Of a stretch of 64,000 nucleotides of DNA, positions 61,895 to 64,000 are shown piece by piece. Under the pieces are notes generated by a model. That model saw nothing but the letters and a program-made list of their open reading frames with translations. It was not told the DNA's origin and searched no databases. The first letter of the stretch is position 1. The number at the start of each line of letters is the position of its first letter. The stretch spans positions 32,001-96,000 of the forward strand of contig CAWBKB010000006.1 of the NCBI GenBank assembly GCA_963789265.1. Direction: 5' to 3'. Source of the stretch: an uncultured delta proteobacterium. GTDB lineage: Bacteria; Desulfobacterota; Desulfomonilia; Desulfomonilales; Desulfomonilaceae. The position numbers and the translations under genes were made by a program.

Positions 61895-63139
61895 TCAACC
61901 CAATTCCTTCATACAATCGAGGATAATTCTTGCCGCGCTGGGCCTCTCCTCGGGCAGGGCCAGCGTATCGCGTATCGCTTGAAATCCTCTTGCCATGAAA
62001 TTGCGAAGAGGTTCTTCAGTCCTGAAACGCATCAGCCAAGTCGCGAGATTCTCAGCCGTCACATTGTCCTGCAGCAACTCAGGGACGAAGAGCGGACGGC
62101 CGCATTGCTGGCACGTGATCCCCAAGCTGCCCGGGGTTGCTTCTTTGAGCGGGCCTTTCCCTTGCTTTTCCAAATTGATGGCCAGCACATTGGCAATGGC
62201 TACGTGAATGTCCTTGTCCATCACAAGCGGCTTCAAAACCTTGATCGCAAGTAACCACGTGAACAAGTCCAGCTTGTAGACCACGGCATGGGGCATGCCT
62301 GCGAGCGCGGCCTGAAGAGTCGCGGTCCCGGATGTCACGAGTCCGCTGTCGCACGCAGCCATGATTTGCGCTGAGTCCGAGGACTGAATCATTACAGGAG
62401 TTCTATGCTCCAATACAATTTCGGTCACCAGAGGCCGGAGGTGCTCACCGGCAAGCGGAAGCACGAACTGTGTTTCCGGGTAATGCGCGATATGGATTCC
62501 AGCGGCTTCGCACATCACCGGCAACATGCGGCGAATTTCTGCGGGACGGCTGCCGGGAAGCAGCGCCACAGCGTACGTGGTCGGCGCCATGCCGAGATCA
62601 CGTCGGATGAGATGCCTGTCAGAATGCTCAGGGATATCCTGAACCATGGTATGCCCGACAAAATCGGCCTTGACACCTGCTTCCCTGTAAAGCGTCTCCT
62701 CAAAGGGGAAAATGGTCATCATTCTGTCGACTCGTGCCGCTATCTTACGGATTCTCCCGCGTCTCCACGCCCACACTTGAGGACTGATGTAATAGCATAC
62801 CGGCACCTTAGCGCCGCGGGCTATTCTGCAAAGCCTCAAGTTCACATCGGGAAAATCGACCGGGACAAAAACCGTGTGCCGCCCGCTTCGCAATTCGCTC
62901 TTCATCCTCCGGTACGCTGAGATGATATTGCGGACTTTGCCCAGACCTTCACTGAGTCCAATGGTATTTATCTCACTGTAATGATGGAAAAGCTTCATGC
63001 CCGCCGCGGCAAGCTTGTCCCCGCCAATGCCTGAAACACTGATTTCGGGGCAAAGCTGCCTTAGATCGCTCACCAGGGCCGCGGCGTGGTGATCGCCGGA
63101 GGCCTCGCCTGCAAGAAGAAGAATTGAGTAATCTGCCAT
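61895..63139 (-). CDS. lpxB: Lipid-A-disaccharide synthase
   Basis: AGEASGD, VDFPDVN, SPQVWAWR, FVGH, LLPGSR, SGTATL, VPELLQ. Confidence 0.93.
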   Translation of the reverse strand: MADYSILLLAGEASGDHHAAALVSDLRQLCPEISVSGIGGDKLAAAGMKLFHHYSEINTIGLSEGLGKVRNIISAYRRMKSELRSGRHTVFVPVDFPDVNLRLCRIARGAKVPVCYYISPQVWAWRRGRIRKIAARVDRMMTIFPFEETLYREAGVKADFVGHTMVQDIPEHSDRHLIRRDLGMAPTTYAVALLPGSRPAEIRRMLPVMCEAAGIHIAHYPETQFVLPLAGEHLRPLVTEIVLEHRTPVMIQSSDSAQIMAACDSGLVTSGTATLQAALAGMPHAVVYKLDLFTWLLAIKVLKPLVMDKDIHVAIANVLAINLEKQGKGPLKEATPGSLGITCQQCGRPLFVPELLQDNVTAENLATWLMRFRTEEPLRNFMARGFQAIRDTLALPEERPSAARIILDCMKELG

Positions 63140-63426
63140 TATCGTTGTTTGCGCGCCCGCGGGGGGAGGCAGCAGCATCAACTTTCTTTCTTAAGACTTT
63201 GAATCATGAACTCTTCTTAGCCTCTGCTGCCTGCATCTCATCGTATGATTGAACTATGTAGTTTCTCAAATGTCTTTTTGTCTTGACAAGAGAAAAGCAT
63301 GTGATATGGATTCCAACCTGAAAATCTGATCGTTTTCTTCAAAAATTCCACCTGGATGACGTTGGAGACTCTCGCATGTCAAGTCTGCGTCCGATCTAGG
63401 GGCCAAACAAAGCTGGGAGCCTGAAC

Positions 63427-64000
63427 ATGAAACTGGGTTTGTGTGAAAAATGTGGATCGCCTACTGATGCTTGCTACGAAATCCGTAATAACCGCGGTTA
63501 CCTTGTGAAATTTTGCCGAGATTGCGGCCGAACCGCGTCTCTCGTGACAAAGGACGCCCGTAAGTGGCGATGGAAACGAGAAATATCGGGGTATCAGGAA
63601 CCCGCTATGCCTGCTTGCTCAATGGATTGCGCGAACTGTGACCACCAAGTTTACACCAAGCCTTCAACCGTAGCAATTGATGTTACCAACCTCTGCAATC
63701 AACACTGCCCAATCTGTCTAGCTTATGTCGACGCGATGGGTTTTGCGTACCACCCTCCCATCGAGTACTTTGACAAGATATTTAAGCATTTCGTAAACAA
63801 CGATCCAAAACCCAATATCTGTTTCTTCGGCGGGGAACCCACCGTCCACAGGGATTTCCCGCAAATAATGCGGCTCGCGGCTCTTATGGTTTTCAGGTCC
63901 AGCTCTTCACCAACGGCATAAAGCTAGCGGATAAAGACTACTGCCGCGAGCTTTGCTCCATGGGGATACAGGTCAATTTCGGGTTCGACGGCACCAAGCC
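63427..64000 (+). CDS. Radical SAM protein, Tes/MJ0619-like N-terminus (partial, frameshift near 63880)
   Basis: CEKC...FCRDCG, CSMDCANC, IDVTNLCNQHCPIC, GGEPT; the shifted frame continues QLFTNGIKL...FGFDG. Confidence 0.8.

Overview
A GC-rich, mostly core or semi-accessory chromosomal window from an anaerobic Gram-negative bacterium. Gene content (iorAB, CooT, MoeA-PBP fusion, lpxB, ClpX-like ATPase, SPL-like radical SAM) suggests Desulfobacterota, possibly Desulfomonile-like; this is inference only. It holds about 50 CDSs for metabolism, transport (two RND systems, MFS, MscS, Ca2+/H+ antiporter, K+ channel) and small accessory genes (one toxin-antitoxin pair, two orphan antitoxins, HNH, orphan DNA methyltransferase). 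Intergenic spaces are packed with REP-like hairpins and several MITE families, some nested. At least five long genes are split by small frameshifts, most simply read as long-read indel errors. I found no rRNA, tRNA or CRISPR array. Best leads: (1) an apparent FabI-like enoyl reductase fused to a FabZ-like dehydratase; (2) a Tes/MJ0619-like radical SAM at the right edge; (3) a GT2, ParB-N, SPL-like radical SAM, Zn-PLC/P1-like gene run; (4) a stand-alone divergent DAC (DisA_N) protein; (5) a rhodanese-ICMT-family membrane fusion; (6) a candidate sRNA. All family calls come from motif recognition by eye, with no database searches run.
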